This document shows, in pieces, positions 48,334 to 61,104 of a DNA stretch of 64,000 nucleotides. Both the position numbers and the translations under genes were made by a program. Source of the stretch: Lingula anatina (taxonomy: Eukaryota; Animalia; Brachiopoda); the NCBI GenBank assembly GCA_051362555.1, contig JBPQGU010000016.1, forward strand, positions 2,914,001 to 2,978,000, in the 5' to 3' direction. Within the stretch, counting starts at the first letter, position 1. Each line of letters starts with the position of its first letter. The notes below the pieces were generated by a model that saw nothing but the letters and a program-made list of their open reading frames with translations, did not search any database and was not told the origin of the DNA.

Positions 48334-50394
48334 TTATTTTTTTAAAATATTTAATATTTTTTTAACAACTTCAACAACACTCTTTTTTTCAACAATAGCA
48401 GCAGCTCTATCTTTTGCACCACCACCACCTAACTCTCTACAAACTATTTGTACATTAAATTCTTTCAAACTTCTTGCAGAAACAAAAACTTGATTTTCAT
48501 TTCCTGCAATTACAAAAACAGTTTCAATTTGATAATTTTTTAAAAAATCATCTGCAATTGATGCAACAATTTGTGTTTTACTATTATCATCTTCTTTATA
48601 TAAAAGAGCAATTTTTTCATCAAAAAGTTTAATTGAAAAATCATTAAACTTTTTAGATTCATCAACCTTTTTTTTATTTAAAGTTTTTAAAATATCAATT
48701 TGTGTTTGAATATCTATATCATGTCTTGTAATAAGTTCAATAACTAAAACAGTATTTTTGCTAACATTTACTTGTAAATTATTTGTATCTAATAAAATAC
48801 CCATTAATAAAGACTTATAAATAAAAGATGGAATAATATATGTGTTTTTTTGAAACTTTGAAAGAATTAAAAACATAATAATTTCTGATGTAGAAGAAAA
48901 ATTAGGTTTAATTAAATTTAATAAAATATTTTGCATTTTATTTGAATCTACATGATGATCTATACAAATCTTATTAAATTTTTCTTGAACTTTAATTGGT
49001 AAATCAATATAATCTGGATTGTTATTATCTATAATAATAATTAATTTATTTTTTGTTTTTCTTTTACTTCATTTTTCTAAGTCAAAATTAAAAGATATAT
49101 ATTGATTTAAATTTTTTTCACTAATAATTTTTGACATTATATTAATAACATTTTTTTGATACTCATTAATAATAAAATTTACTTTTATATTTAAATTAAC
49201 TTTTTCCAATAAATATTTTAAAGCAATACCTGAACCAATTGAATCAAAATCTGCATTTTTATGACCAACAATTAAAATATCTTTATATTCTGAAATAGTT
49301 TTTCAAAAAGCATTTTGTATATTTTTAACTTCAGGAATAATTTTTGTTTTTCTTCTTTCTTTTCCATATGTTTTAAATGTTTGATCTGAATATAATGTAA
49401 CAACTTGATCACCACCACGTTTTTTAGCAATATTTAAAGCATTTAATGATTTTTTATACTTTTCTAAAACTGTTTCAAATTCTCAATTTTCAATAGGTTC
49501 TTCTAAATTATATTGTTCATCAAAAGTTAAATAAAAACCAACAGAAAATGTAATTTCTATTTCAAATTTCTTTTTAACTTGTTCAGAAATATGTTTAATA
49601 AAAGAAAATTTGTGTTCAATAATTTCATTCAATGATTTTCTACTTGAAAAAAATACAAATTCACCAAGTTCTCTTGTTTGTAAAATAATATTTTTTTGAC
49701 TTAATATTTGATCCATTTCAAACTCAACAAATACAGAAATTTGTTTTTTTTGTGAATTAAAAAGTTCATAATCTTCACCTAACAAAACTTCATCATCTAT
49801 TGAAATAAAAAATATAAAAATTTCTCTTTCTTTTAATAATTTTGAAGTTTTTTTAAAATTTGAAAATGATTTTAAAACAATAACATGAGGCTTTACTTGT
49901 GTTATGTTAAAAAAATTGTCTTCTAAAATATCAAATTCTTTAAAAAAAGATTTCATATTATTGTTTTTAATATCTTCAATCTTATTTTCAAAAATTTTTT
50001 CTAATTTAGTTCCATATAATTTATCAATATTTTTTAATTTTAAAATTTTCTTTAATAATTTTTCATTATTAGTTCATGAAATAGAATAATTATTATCAAA
50101 TACAATTAAAGTGTTTTTATTAGTATTTAATAATTTTTCTAAAAATTTAAAATTAATTTCATTAATTGGAATTTGTTTTCTTATATTTCTTTCTTTATAA
50201 ATTAAAAAATATAAAAATAATAAAAATATTATAAAAGAAATTAAAACAATTAATATAAAATGTTTAATATCAAATTTGTCTTTTGGTATTATTTCAAAAA
50301 TCATTAACAAAAACAAACTTAAAAATAATATAAATAAAAGAAATAATAAACAAATTATTATCTTATAAAATCTTTTTATATTACTATAAAACAT
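48334..50394 (-). CDS. gdpP: GdpP-type c-di-AMP phosphodiesterase (TM, degenerate PAS/GGDEF, DHH/DHHA1)
   Basis: Two N-terminal TMs, AKKRGGDQV, VGHKNADFDSIG, IDHH, SSTSE, GILLDT, VSARS..NVQ..LGGGG. Confidence 0.88.
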
Positions 50395-50396
50395 AA

Positions 50397-52397
50397 TTAT
50401 TGATTCACTAAATTTAAATCTAAATATTTTATATCAGGATTTTTATCTTTTATATCTTGTGCTCTTTTTGGTATTTTTTTATTTTCATAAATAAATTTAA
50501 TATCATTTGCAGTTATTGTTTCTAAAATTAATAAAGATTCTGCAATGATTAATAATATATCTTTTTCTTTTTGAATTGTAATTTTTGCTAATTCAAATGA
50601 ATCATTTAAAATTTTATCAACAGCATCATCTAATACTTTAAATTTTTGATTAGATAATTTTGTAGAAATACCAAAATATTTTGATTCATTTTCATCATTA
50701 AATCTTAAACCAAAATCTGACATACCAAATTTTTTAACCATTTGAGTTGCAATTTTAGTTGCTTTTTTGAAATCATCATGAGCACCTGTTGTTATACCTC
50801 AACTACCAAAAATCAATTCTTCTGCTGCACGACCTCCTAAAAAGCCAGCAATTTGATCATAAAGTGATTTTTTTGAATTAATTAAAGTTTCATCTTTTGG
50901 TGTTGTAATTGTATAACCACCAGCAGAACCACGTGGAATGATTGTTACTTTTTGAACTTTTTGTGCTTCACTTAACATCATACCTAACAAAGCATGACCA
51001 GCTTCATGTATTGAAACTAATAATTTTGTCTTTTTTGAAATAACTCTTGAAACTTTTGCTGGTCCACCTACAACACGATCAATACCTTCTTCAATTTCTT
51101 TAAATGAAATTTGGTTTTTCTTTTTTCTTACTGCAAATAATGTAGCTTCATTTAAAACGTTCTCTAATTCTGCACCACTAAAACCAGGTGTTTTTTCTGC
51201 AACTTCTTTTAAAACAACTGTATTATCCAATTTTTTATTTCTTGCATGAATTGCTAAAATATCTTCACGAGCTTTTAAATCTGGTAATGGTATTTGAATT
51301 TTTCTATCAAAACGTCCAGATCTTAATATTGCAGGATCAAGTGTTTCTACTCTATTTGTTGAACCAATAATAATTATTCCTTCATTTGTTTCAAAACCAT
51401 CCATTTCTGTTAAAAATTGATTTAATGTTTGATCATTTGAAACACTTCCAAAACTATTTCTTTTACTAGCAAGTGAATCAATTTCATCAACAAAAATAAT
51501 ACATGGAGCATATTTTTTAGCATTATTAAATAATTTTCTAATTCTTGATGCCCCTAAACCTACAAATGTTTCCTCAAATTCTGAACCAGCAACTGAAAAA
51601 AATGGAACATTTGCTTCACCAGAAACAGCTTTTGCTAATAATGTTTTACCAGTACCAGGTTCACCATACAAAAGTACACCTTTAGGAATCCTTGCACCCA
51701 TATCTATATATTTTTTTGGTTGTTTTAAAAAATCAACAACTTCTAATAATTCTATTTTTTCTTCTTCAATACCAGCTACATCTGTAAACTTTATATTTGA
51801 TTTTTTTAAATCTGTACCTTTAAAACCAGCACCAATTGAACCAATAGATGAACTTAATCCAGGTACCATAAATCTTCTTAATACATAAAAAATAAAAATA
51901 ATGAACAAAAATGGAGCTAAAAATGATAATATGTTAGTTGTTATTGTAAATCAAGTTTTTGGAAGAGAATCAGAATCAAAAGTATTTCCTGAAAAAATAT
52001 CTTCTTTGTTAATTCTAAATTTATCTTTTAATTTTAACCATTCTTCTTTTTCCATTAACAAAACAATAGATTGATCTTTTTTAAACATCAATTCTGCTTT
52101 TTTACCATTAACAGCATCTTTTTTAAAATCTTTTAAAAATTTAAAACTAATCCTTGATGGAAAAGTTGCTCGATTGTATACAGAAGTTACTTCTAATTGT
52201 GAATTTAAATCTGTCTTATTTAAACTATTAATTTTTTTAAATAATATTTTTCTTTCTTTATTACCAACATTAAATTGAGAACTTTTAAAACTTCCTTGAA
52301 TTAAAAGAATTAAAGAAAACAATGAAATAATTAATAAAAATATTGTTAAAAAATTAATATTTTTTTTTGGTTTTTTAGGTGTTTGATTATTATTCAT
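50397..52397 (-). CDS. ftsH: ATP-dependent zinc metalloprotease FtsH
   Basis: Two TMs, GEPGTGKT, FVDEID, LDPAILRSGRFDR, HEAGH, GGRAAEE. Confidence 0.98.
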
Positions 52398-52421
52398 AAC
52401 TTTTATGATATTTTATACTTT

Positions 52422-53288
52422 TTAACTTATTTTTTTTATATTTTCTATTAATTTTATTAAATTAACTTTAGAACTTAAATTATTTTTAGAAATTTTATTT
52501 AAATTTTTATTAACAGAAAGCATTTTCATTAAAATTTTAAGTATTTTTTTAAATTTTAAATTTATTGTTTTTAATTTTTCAATTTTTATAATTAAAATTT
52601 CAATAAAAATTCAAAAATTTTTTAATAAAAAATCTTCTTTTTCATAAATTAAAAATTTTTCCATGTTATTATTTTCTACATTATAAAAAAAATCATTTAT
52701 TAAAATATCTAAATTTAAAAATCAATTATTTATTTCATCATCTGAATAATTTTGAAAATTAAAATCAATTTCTTTTAATATTTGTTTGTGATCATTTTCA
52801 AAAATATCTATTTTTTTACTATTTATAAAATTTAAATAAACTAAACGAGAAAAAATTGTTGGAACTATTTTTTCTTTTGATTTTGTTGTAAAAAAACCAA
52901 TAACATTTTCTTTTGTTTCTTCTAAAAATTTTAATAATTTATTACTTGAAGATATTGTTAAAAATTCACAATTTGGAATTCAAAAATAACTTTTATTTAA
53001 ATCATTGTTTAAAGATACTCAATTAATTAATTTTTTAACTTCTTCAATTTGTTCTTTTTTTTGAATATCAAAAATAAAAAAATAATTAATATCTTGTTTT
53101 TCAATTAAATTACAATAATTGCAATTTAAATCACAAAAACCATTTTTTTTACAAATTAAAATTTTTAAAATATCAAAAACCATCTTTTTTGCACTTAAAA
53201 AATCACTTTCAATTAAATAATGATTTTTTAAATTATTAGTAACTTTTAATAAATTAAAATATTTTTTATAATTAATATTAATTCTCAT
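52422..53288 (-). CDS. holB: DNA polymerase III subunit delta' (diverged)
   Basis: CKKNGFCDLNCNYC zinc motif, SSNKLLKFLEE, VPTIFSR; follows tmk. Confidence 0.85.
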
Positions 53289-53943
53289 TTAATTTAAATA
53301 TTATTTCTTTTAAAATAAAATTTACCATTTTATCTGTTTCTTCAACTCATTTAATAGTTTTTATATTTAAATCTGGTTTTTTTGTTTGAAAATATTTTTT
53401 AATTTCAGTATAAAATTTTGAAATTTCTTTATATTTATTTTCTGTTTTAGATTCAATTCTATCCTTTTTATGTAACCTTCTTTCATTAATTTTTTCATAA
53501 TCTTTTTCATTTACAACATCAACAAAAAAAGTTAAATCAGGTCAAAAAAAAGAATTTGATATCTTATGTAATTCATATATATCATCTAATGGAATTTTAC
53601 CAATTTTTCCTTGATAAACAAAAGTAGAATAAAATGATCTATCACATAAAATTACTGTATTTTTTTGATTTTTATTTTCTTTTAAAATTTTAATTTTATT
53701 TTCAATATGAATATTTCTATCAAGTAAAAATAAAAGTAATTCATTCATAGGTGTTAAATGATATTTTGTATTTAATAAAACATTTCTTATTTCAAATCCA
53801 TTCAAAGAATTACTTGGTTCTTTTGTTAAAATTGCACAAATTCCTAATTTAATTAATTTTTTTTGTAATTTATTTAAAATGGTAGTTTTACCAATACCAT
53901 CAACTCCTTCTAAAACAATTAATATACTTTTACTTTTATTCAT
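53278..53943 (-). CDS. tmk: Thymidylate kinase
   Basis: LEGVDGIGKTT, TKEP, LCDRSFYSTFVYQG, WPDLTF. Confidence 0.95.
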
Positions 53944-55426
53944 GTTTTAATTTATTAAATTCCTGTTTTAAAATGACAACTTCATCAAAATCAATTGTAA
54001 AAATTTTAAATTTTTTTCCAAAAATTTTTTCAATAAATTTTAAATATTCTTCATTTTGACTTAAAATATTTAATTTTTCTCTTTCTTTTTTTGTTTTAAC
54101 TTTAATTAATATTTCATTTTTATTTGAAACAGAAAGAACTCTTGCATTCATCAATAATTTTGCAAAATGTTTATAAATATCATGTTCTAAATAATTTGTT
54201 ATTATATTTCAATTAATTTTTACAAATTCTAATAAATCTTTATTTCTTTCTTTTAAAATTTCAATACATTTACTAAGTTTACTTTTTATAAATAAATCTT
54301 CTTTTTTTATTTTATTTGTTAAATTAATTTTATTTTCAATAATTTCTTGTTTTTTAATAATTGTTTTTTCTTTTTTATCAATATTTCAATTTTCTAAAAT
54401 AATTAAACGTAAAACTTGTAATATATTTAAATTAATAAATTCAGAATATCTTTTAACCAAAAGATCTAATATTACTTTCAAACTTTCAATTGAATGTTTT
54501 TTAAAAATATCTTCTTCTATTTTTTTTTCTAAAAACTTATCAAAAATAATAGATGTTAATTTTTCAATTAAACTTAAATAAAAATTTTTTAAATCAACAC
54601 CAACTTTAAATAAATTTTCAACAATTTCTAATGATTTTTGTTTTTCATTTTGTAATAAACTTAAAATAAAATTATTAATTGTTTCATTATTAACAATTCC
54701 TAAATAATTTCTTAGATCTTTTTCTGTTATTTTTAAATCTTTATTTAAAAAACTTATTTGTTCCAATATATTTAATGCTTCTCTTACTGAACCTTTTGTT
54801 TTTTTTGCTATCAATTTTAAAGCTTTTTCTTCAATAATAATTCCTTCTTTTTCAGAAACAAAATTCAATAAATTTATTAATGTATTATCATTTAATGGAT
54901 GAAATTCAAAAATTTGACAACGAGACAAAATAGTTTCTGAAATTTTAAAAATTTGTGTTGTAGCTAATATAAAAACAACATGAAAAGGTGGTTCTTCCAA
55001 TAACTTTAAAAAAGCATTATAAGCACTTTTTGAAAGCATATGAACTTCATCAATGATATATATTTTTTTATTTGATAATAATGGAGAAATTAATGCTTTT
55101 TCTTTCAAACTTCTAATTTGTTCAACACCATTATTAGATGCTGCATCAATTTCATAAATATCAATTGGTTGTTCTTTATTTAAAATACAAATTTTGCATT
55201 TTTCACAAATTTCACCCATTTTATTATCTAAACAATTTATTGCTTTAGATAAAATTCTTGCAGTAGATGTTTTACCTATACCATGTATTCCAGTAAACAA
55301 ATATGCAAAATGTGTTTTTTTTCTATTAACTTGTTCTTTTAAAATAGTAACAATTGTTTCTTGTCCATAAATTTCACTAAATTTTTTAGGACGATATTTA
55401 CGATAAAAATTTCTTTCTTTTTCCAT
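53936..55426 (-). CDS. dnaX: DNA polymerase III subunit gamma/tau
   Basis: YRKYRP..F.EIYGQ, GIHGIGKTS, EIDAASNNGV, IIDEVHML, LEEPP, TILSRCQ. Confidence 0.96.
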
Positions 55427-55431
55427 TTTTT

Positions 55432-56670
55432 TTAAATATATTTTTTTAAGACATCTGGTCAAATAAAAACATTATTTTTTTTATCATAATAATTTTCTAA
55501 AAGAACTGCTATTAATCTATCAATTGCAAGACCAGAACCATTTAATGTGTGTGCTAACTTTTTTTTACCATTTATATCAATATATTTAATATTTAATGCA
55601 TTTGATTGAAATGTTTCTGTATTAGAAATAGAAGAAATTTCAACATATGTATTTTTAGATGGCATTCAAGCTTCAACATCATATGTTTTTGAAGATGAAA
55701 AACCTAAATCACCTGTACATAAATTTAAAACACGATATGGAATTTTTAATTCTTTTAAAATTCCAGTTACTTGTTTTAACATTTCTTCTAATGCATTATA
55801 AGATTCTTCTTGTTTTGTAATTTGAACTATTTCAACTTTGTTAAATTGATGTAATCTAATCAATCCTTTTGTTTTTAAGCCTGATGCTCCTGCTTCTTTT
55901 CTAAAACATAAAGAATATGAACAAAATTTTAATGGTAATTCTTGTTCATTAAATAATTTTTTTGCAGAATAATTTATCAATGAAACCTCAGAAGTTGGTA
56001 ATAAATAAAGATCTTCATTTTCTAATTTATAACAATCATCTTTCATTTTTGGAAACTGTCCAGTACCTCACAAACCACTTTCTTTAATAACATTTGGTGC
56101 AAATATTTCAGTATAAGAATTCTTAATATGATAATCTAACATATAATTTTTTAAAACCCTTAACATTTTAGCACCTTCATTTATATATAAAATAAATCTA
56201 GATTGTGTTAAATTAACTGCTTCTTCAAATTGAACTCAATTTAATTTTTTTGCAATTTCATCATGTGAAATATCTGTTTTTTTTAATTTATCTTTACTTA
56301 TAAAAACAATTTCATTATCATTAGGTGTAAATCCAACTTTAACACTTTTATGTGGTATATTTGGAATTTTATAAATTAGTTCTTTTAATTTTAATTCAAA
56401 TTTAATAATTTTTTTTTCTAAATTTAAAATTTGAATACCAATTTCTTTAGATTCTTTTATTATTTCTTTTTTATTTTTAGATATTTTTGAAATTTGTTTA
56501 CTAATTTGATTTCTTTTAAATTTTAAATCTTCAATATTTTTAAGAATTAAATTTCTTTGTTTATAAATATCAATTAAATTTTGTAAATCTTTTAAATATT
56601 TATTGTTTCTTTTTTTAATTTGGTTAAAACTATAATCTAAATTATTTAATATATCTTTTAAATTAATCAT
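55432..56670 (-). CDS. serS: Serine--tRNA ligase
   Basis: GTGQFPK, LLPTSEV, FRKEAG..GLIRLHQFNKVE, KTYDVEAW, HTLNGSGLAIDR. Confidence 0.97.
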
Positions 56671-56930
56671 TTTTTTTAAAATTAAATATCTGTTTTTATA
56701 AAATAAATTTTTTTAATTATTTTAATTTTTGCTTTTAATTATTTTTTATTAAAAATAAAAACTTTTATAATTAATTTTTTTATTTATTAAAAACTTATTA
56801 TTTAATAAATATTATAATTTTTATTTTTTGAAAAATAATCTAATTTAATATTTAAGAAAAAAAAGTATTATTGTTTTCAATTTTATTTTTAATTTTAAAA
56901 TCTTTAATAATTTAAATTTTAATAAATTTA

Positions 56931-58496
56931 TTAATTAAAAAGACTAATAATTTTTTCTTCATTAATATCTTTTTTTTCAATATTTTGAAATTTTTTGTTT
57001 TTTAATAAAACAATTTTATTACAAAAATTGTTTAAAACATTAATATCATGTGTAATTAATATACATGCTGTTCTAGTTTGTTTAAAATATTGTTTTAATT
57101 TTTTTAAAGTTTCAAATTTAGTCTTAATATCTAAATTACTTGTAAATTCATCTAAAAATAATATATCTGGTTTATCAATAATTGATATTAATAAAGATAA
57201 TCTTTGTTTTTCACCGCCAGATAAAACATATGTTCTTTTATTTAAAATTGATTCAATATTAAATATCTTCTTAATACTATTAAAATAATTTACATCTATA
57301 TTTTTATCAATACAACAATCTAAAACATCTTTAACTTTTAATAATTCAGGATATTTTGAGGTTTGAAACAAAAAATTCATTTTTTCAGCTTGTGAATATT
57401 TATAATCAAAATTATAATGTATTGTTCCAGAATCAGCATTTCCTAATCCAGACAATATTTTAAAAAATGTTGTTTTACCTGTTCCATTTTCACCAATAAT
57501 TCCCAAAACATCTTTTTTATATATTGAAATGTTTGCGTTTTTAAAAATTATTTGTTTTTTAAATTTTTTATTTAAATTTTTTACCTCTATCAATTTGTTT
57601 GAATTATGATCTATTTTTTTTATTCTTTTAAAATTATTAAAAAACATACTTTTTGAATTAAATTCTAACTCTATTTTTTTAAATAATGTAATAAAAAAAA
57701 TTAATATTATTGATAAAAATGGGAATAAAAAATTATATAATTTTTGATCTTTATCAAAAATTATTTTTGTTTCTGTTCTGTTTCCTTGTGCACTAAAACC
57801 AATAAAATCTTTATCAAAATCAAAAATACCACCTTTTTCTAAATTTATAAATTCATTACCCTTTGAAGTTAATGCATTAGATAATAAATTATTTAAATAT
57901 GTAAATGGATTCATTAAAGATAGTGTTTTCATAATTTCATTTTTATTTATCATTTCAATTGGTATTAATGCTCCAGATAAAAATGAACCAAATAAATATA
58001 TAAAATTACTCAAAAGAACTAAAGCTAAAAAATTATTAATATATAAAAACAAAAATTGTCCAAAAAATAAACAAAATAAATTAACCAAAATTAAAGAAAA
58101 TAAAAACTCAAAAATATCAATAGAAGAAAAAAATGAATCAATAAACTTTTGTTCTTTTATATTTATTAAAAATATAATAGCTATTGCAAAAAAATATAAA
58201 AAAATATTAACTACAAAAAAATAAAATAATGGTAAAAAATTTTTAATTTTACTTTTTTTAATTAAAAAAAATTTTTTAATAAAAGTCATTTTTTTTATTC
58301 TTAAAATCAACATTGGCATTAAAAGAATTGAATTTGAAATAATCATTAAAAATGGTAAATTTATTGATTGTGTTAAAAAACCTTTATATGAAAATCCAAA
58401 CATAATTATATACAACAAATTTAATATAATACTTAAAATACCAAATCCGTTTTTAAAAAATAATTTATTCAATGTTTTAAATAATAAAAATTTCAT
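56931..58496 (-). CDS. Fused ABC-2-type permease + ATP-binding domain exporter
   Basis: ~6 TM helices (FLSGALIPI..LMNPFTY) followed by GENGTGKTT, LSGGE, ILFLDE, LITHD in one ORF. Confidence 0.88.
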   Translation of the reverse strand: MKFLLFKTLNKLFFKNGFGILSIILNLLYIIMFGFSYKGFLTQSINLPFLMIISNSILLMPMLILRIKKMTFIKKFFLIKKSKIKNFLPLFYFFVVNIFLYFFAIAIIFLINIKEQKFIDSFFSSIDIFEFLFSLILVNLFCLFFGQFLFLYINNFLALVLLSNFIYLFGSFLSGALIPIEMINKNEIMKTLSLMNPFTYLNNLLSNALTSKGNEFINLEKGGIFDFDKDFIGFSAQGNRTETKIIFDKDQKLYNFLFPFLSIILIFFITLFKKIELEFNSKSMFFNNFKRIKKIDHNSNKLIEVKNLNKKFKKQIIFKNANISIYKKDVLGIIGENGTGKTTFFKILSGLGNADSGTIHYNFDYKYSQAEKMNFLFQTSKYPELLKVKDVLDCCIDKNIDVNYFNSIKKIFNIESILNKRTYVLSGGEKQRLSLLISIIDKPDILFLDEFTSNLDIKTKFETLKKLKQYFKQTRTACILITHDINVLNNFCNKIVLLKNKKFQNIEKKDINEEKIISLFN

Positions 58497-58597
58497 TCAA
58501 TTAATTTTGTTTAATATTTTTATATATTGTATTTTTATTTTATTATTTTTTTAATATATTTTTAAATTCAAATTATTAATAAATATTTAATACTTTT

Positions 58598-61090
58598 TTA
58601 TTTATTATTTTGTTTAAATACATTTACTGCTGTAATTGTTTCGTTTTCATCTAATGAAACAAATTTTGAACCATTTGCAGAACGAGATTTTGTAACTCTA
58701 ACTTTTTCTAATGAAGAAATAATAAATTTACCAGTTGAACGAGCAATAATTACTTGTTCATCTTTATAAATTGCCATTGAAGCAACAATTTCATTATCTT
58801 CTTTTTTTGTTTTTCTTTTTAAACCAAGTACACCTTTTGCACCACGTTTAGTTTGTCTATAAATACTAGCTTTTGTAATTTTACCTTTTCCATTACTTGA
58901 AATTGTAATAATTTTTTGATCATCTTCTGCAAAAAAAGCACCAGTAACAATTGTGTTTTCATCACAACGTGTTCCAATAACACCTTGAGTTGCACGTCCT
59001 TGTTTTTTAACACCTTTAGATGAAAATTTAACTATTTTATTATCAGATTTTGAAATAATAATTTCTTTTTCACTATCTAATGCAAAAACAAATGAAAGAT
59101 TATCTCCTTTTTTTAATTTGATTGCAATCTTACCGCTTTTATTGATTTTTTGAAATAACTCTAATCCTGTTTTTTTAACAATACCTTTTTTTGTAACAAA
59201 AAATAAATTTTTATTAATTAATGATTCTTTTTCTAAATTATATTTAATTATTGAACGTACTTTTTCAGATTTAGAATCTATATCAATTAAATTTTGAACT
59301 GGTGTTCCACGAGCACTTCTGCCTAAATCAGGAATTTTTCATGTTTTTAATTTATATACTTTTCCTAAATTAGTAAAAAACAATAAATTATCACGTGTAT
59401 CAGCAAGTAATACTTGTTTTACTTTATCATTTTCATTTAAGGTTATACCTTTAACACCAACACCCCCTTTTTTTTGACTCTTAAATATGTTTAAGTCCAT
59501 ACGTTTTAAATAATTATTTTCTGTAACACAAACTAAAACATCTTTACTTAAAATTAAATCTTCTTTTTCTATATTTTGAAATTTATCAAAATGAACAATT
59601 TTTGTTTTTCTAGGTTCACCATACTTATCTTTTAAATTAATTAATTTATCTTTTAAAATTTGTTTTTGTTTTTCATCACTTGAAAGAATTAATTTATATT
59701 CTTCAATTCTTTTTTTTAATTCTAAAATATCATTTTTAATTTTATCTTGTTCTAAAGCAGTTAATTTTTGAAGTTTCATCTCCAAAATTGCTTTTGCTTG
59801 ACGTTGATTTATATTTAAAAATTGAATAAGTTTAATTAATGCATCTTGTGTATTTGATGATTTTTTAATTAATTCTACAACTTGATCAATTTTTTCTAAT
59901 GCTAAAGCAATACCATTTAATAATTCAATTTTTAATTCATCTTGATTTAATAAAAATTTAGTTCTTCTTACAATAACATCAATTTGATGATCTACATAAT
60001 ATTTAAATATTTGTAAAATACCCATTAATTCAGGTTGATTGTCATGTAATGCCAAAGAATTTACAGAAAAACCAGATTGTAATTTTGTTAATTTAAATAA
60101 TTGAAATAAAATAACATTTTCATCTGATTCTGATTTTAATGTAATAGATATTCTAATTCCTAATCTATTTGATTCATCTTTAATATCTGTTATTCCAATA
60201 ATCTTTTTATCTCTAACTAATTCAGCAATATGTCTAACTAAATCTGCTTTATTTATTTGAAATGGAATTTCATTAAATATTATTTTTTTTCTTTTATCAT
60301 ATTTTTCTATTTTAAAACTTGCACGAACTTGATAATTACCTCTACCTTTTTTTAAAGTATCAATAATTGAATTTTTATCTGAAACTAAAATTGAACCTGT
60401 TGGAAAATCAGGGCCATTAAAAATTTTTCTTTCCACTAATTCTTCAACAGTGATTGCATTGTTATTTATAAATTCAATAATTGAATTTATAATTTCAATT
60501 AAATTATGTGGTGGAATAGATGTTGCCATACCAACTGCAATACCAGTTGAACCATTTAACAATAAATTTGGAACAATACCAGGTAAAACTTCTGGTTCTT
60601 CTTCTGTTTCATCATAATTTTTTAAAAAATTTACAGTATCATTTTCTAAACCAAAAAGACTTTCTTCTGCTATTTTTGATAATCTAACTTCTGTATAACG
60701 CATTGCAGCAGGTGAATCGCCATCAATAGAACCAAAATTACCATGCCCATCAATTAATGGAGAATTTGAAACAAATTTTTGAATCATTCTAGTCATTGCT
60801 TCATAAACTGCATTATCACCATGAGGATGATATTTACCAATTACTTCACCAACAACTCTAGCAGATTTTTTATATGGTTTTGTTGATAATAATCTTAAAC
60901 CATACATTGCATAAAGTATTCTACGGTGAACAGGTTTTAATCCATCATCTACATTTGGAAGTGCCCGTGAAATAATTACAGACATTGCATAACTTAAAAA
61001 TTTATCTTGAATTTCTGTTTCAAAAAGTGAATTTATTAAAACTGTTTTATCATTTAATAATAAATTGTGATTGTTGTTGTTTTTACTCAT
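58598..61090 (-). CDS. gyrA: DNA gyrase subunit A
   Basis: [27 protein letters not shown], GyrA-box QKKGGVG, beta-pinwheel C-terminal domain through TGA to TAA at 58598. Confidence 0.96.
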
Positions 61091-61104
61091 TTTTTTTTTT
61101 TTTT

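Noticed and set aside
303-59013. Short antisense or alternative-frame ORFs in the track (e.g. 303-533, 1337-1621, 3970-4263, 5031-5384, 16511-16816, 21586-21893, 26190-26399, 36716-37033, 58819-59013)
   Set aside because: Low-complexity shadows of real genes on the other strand or frame; no motifs or RBS.
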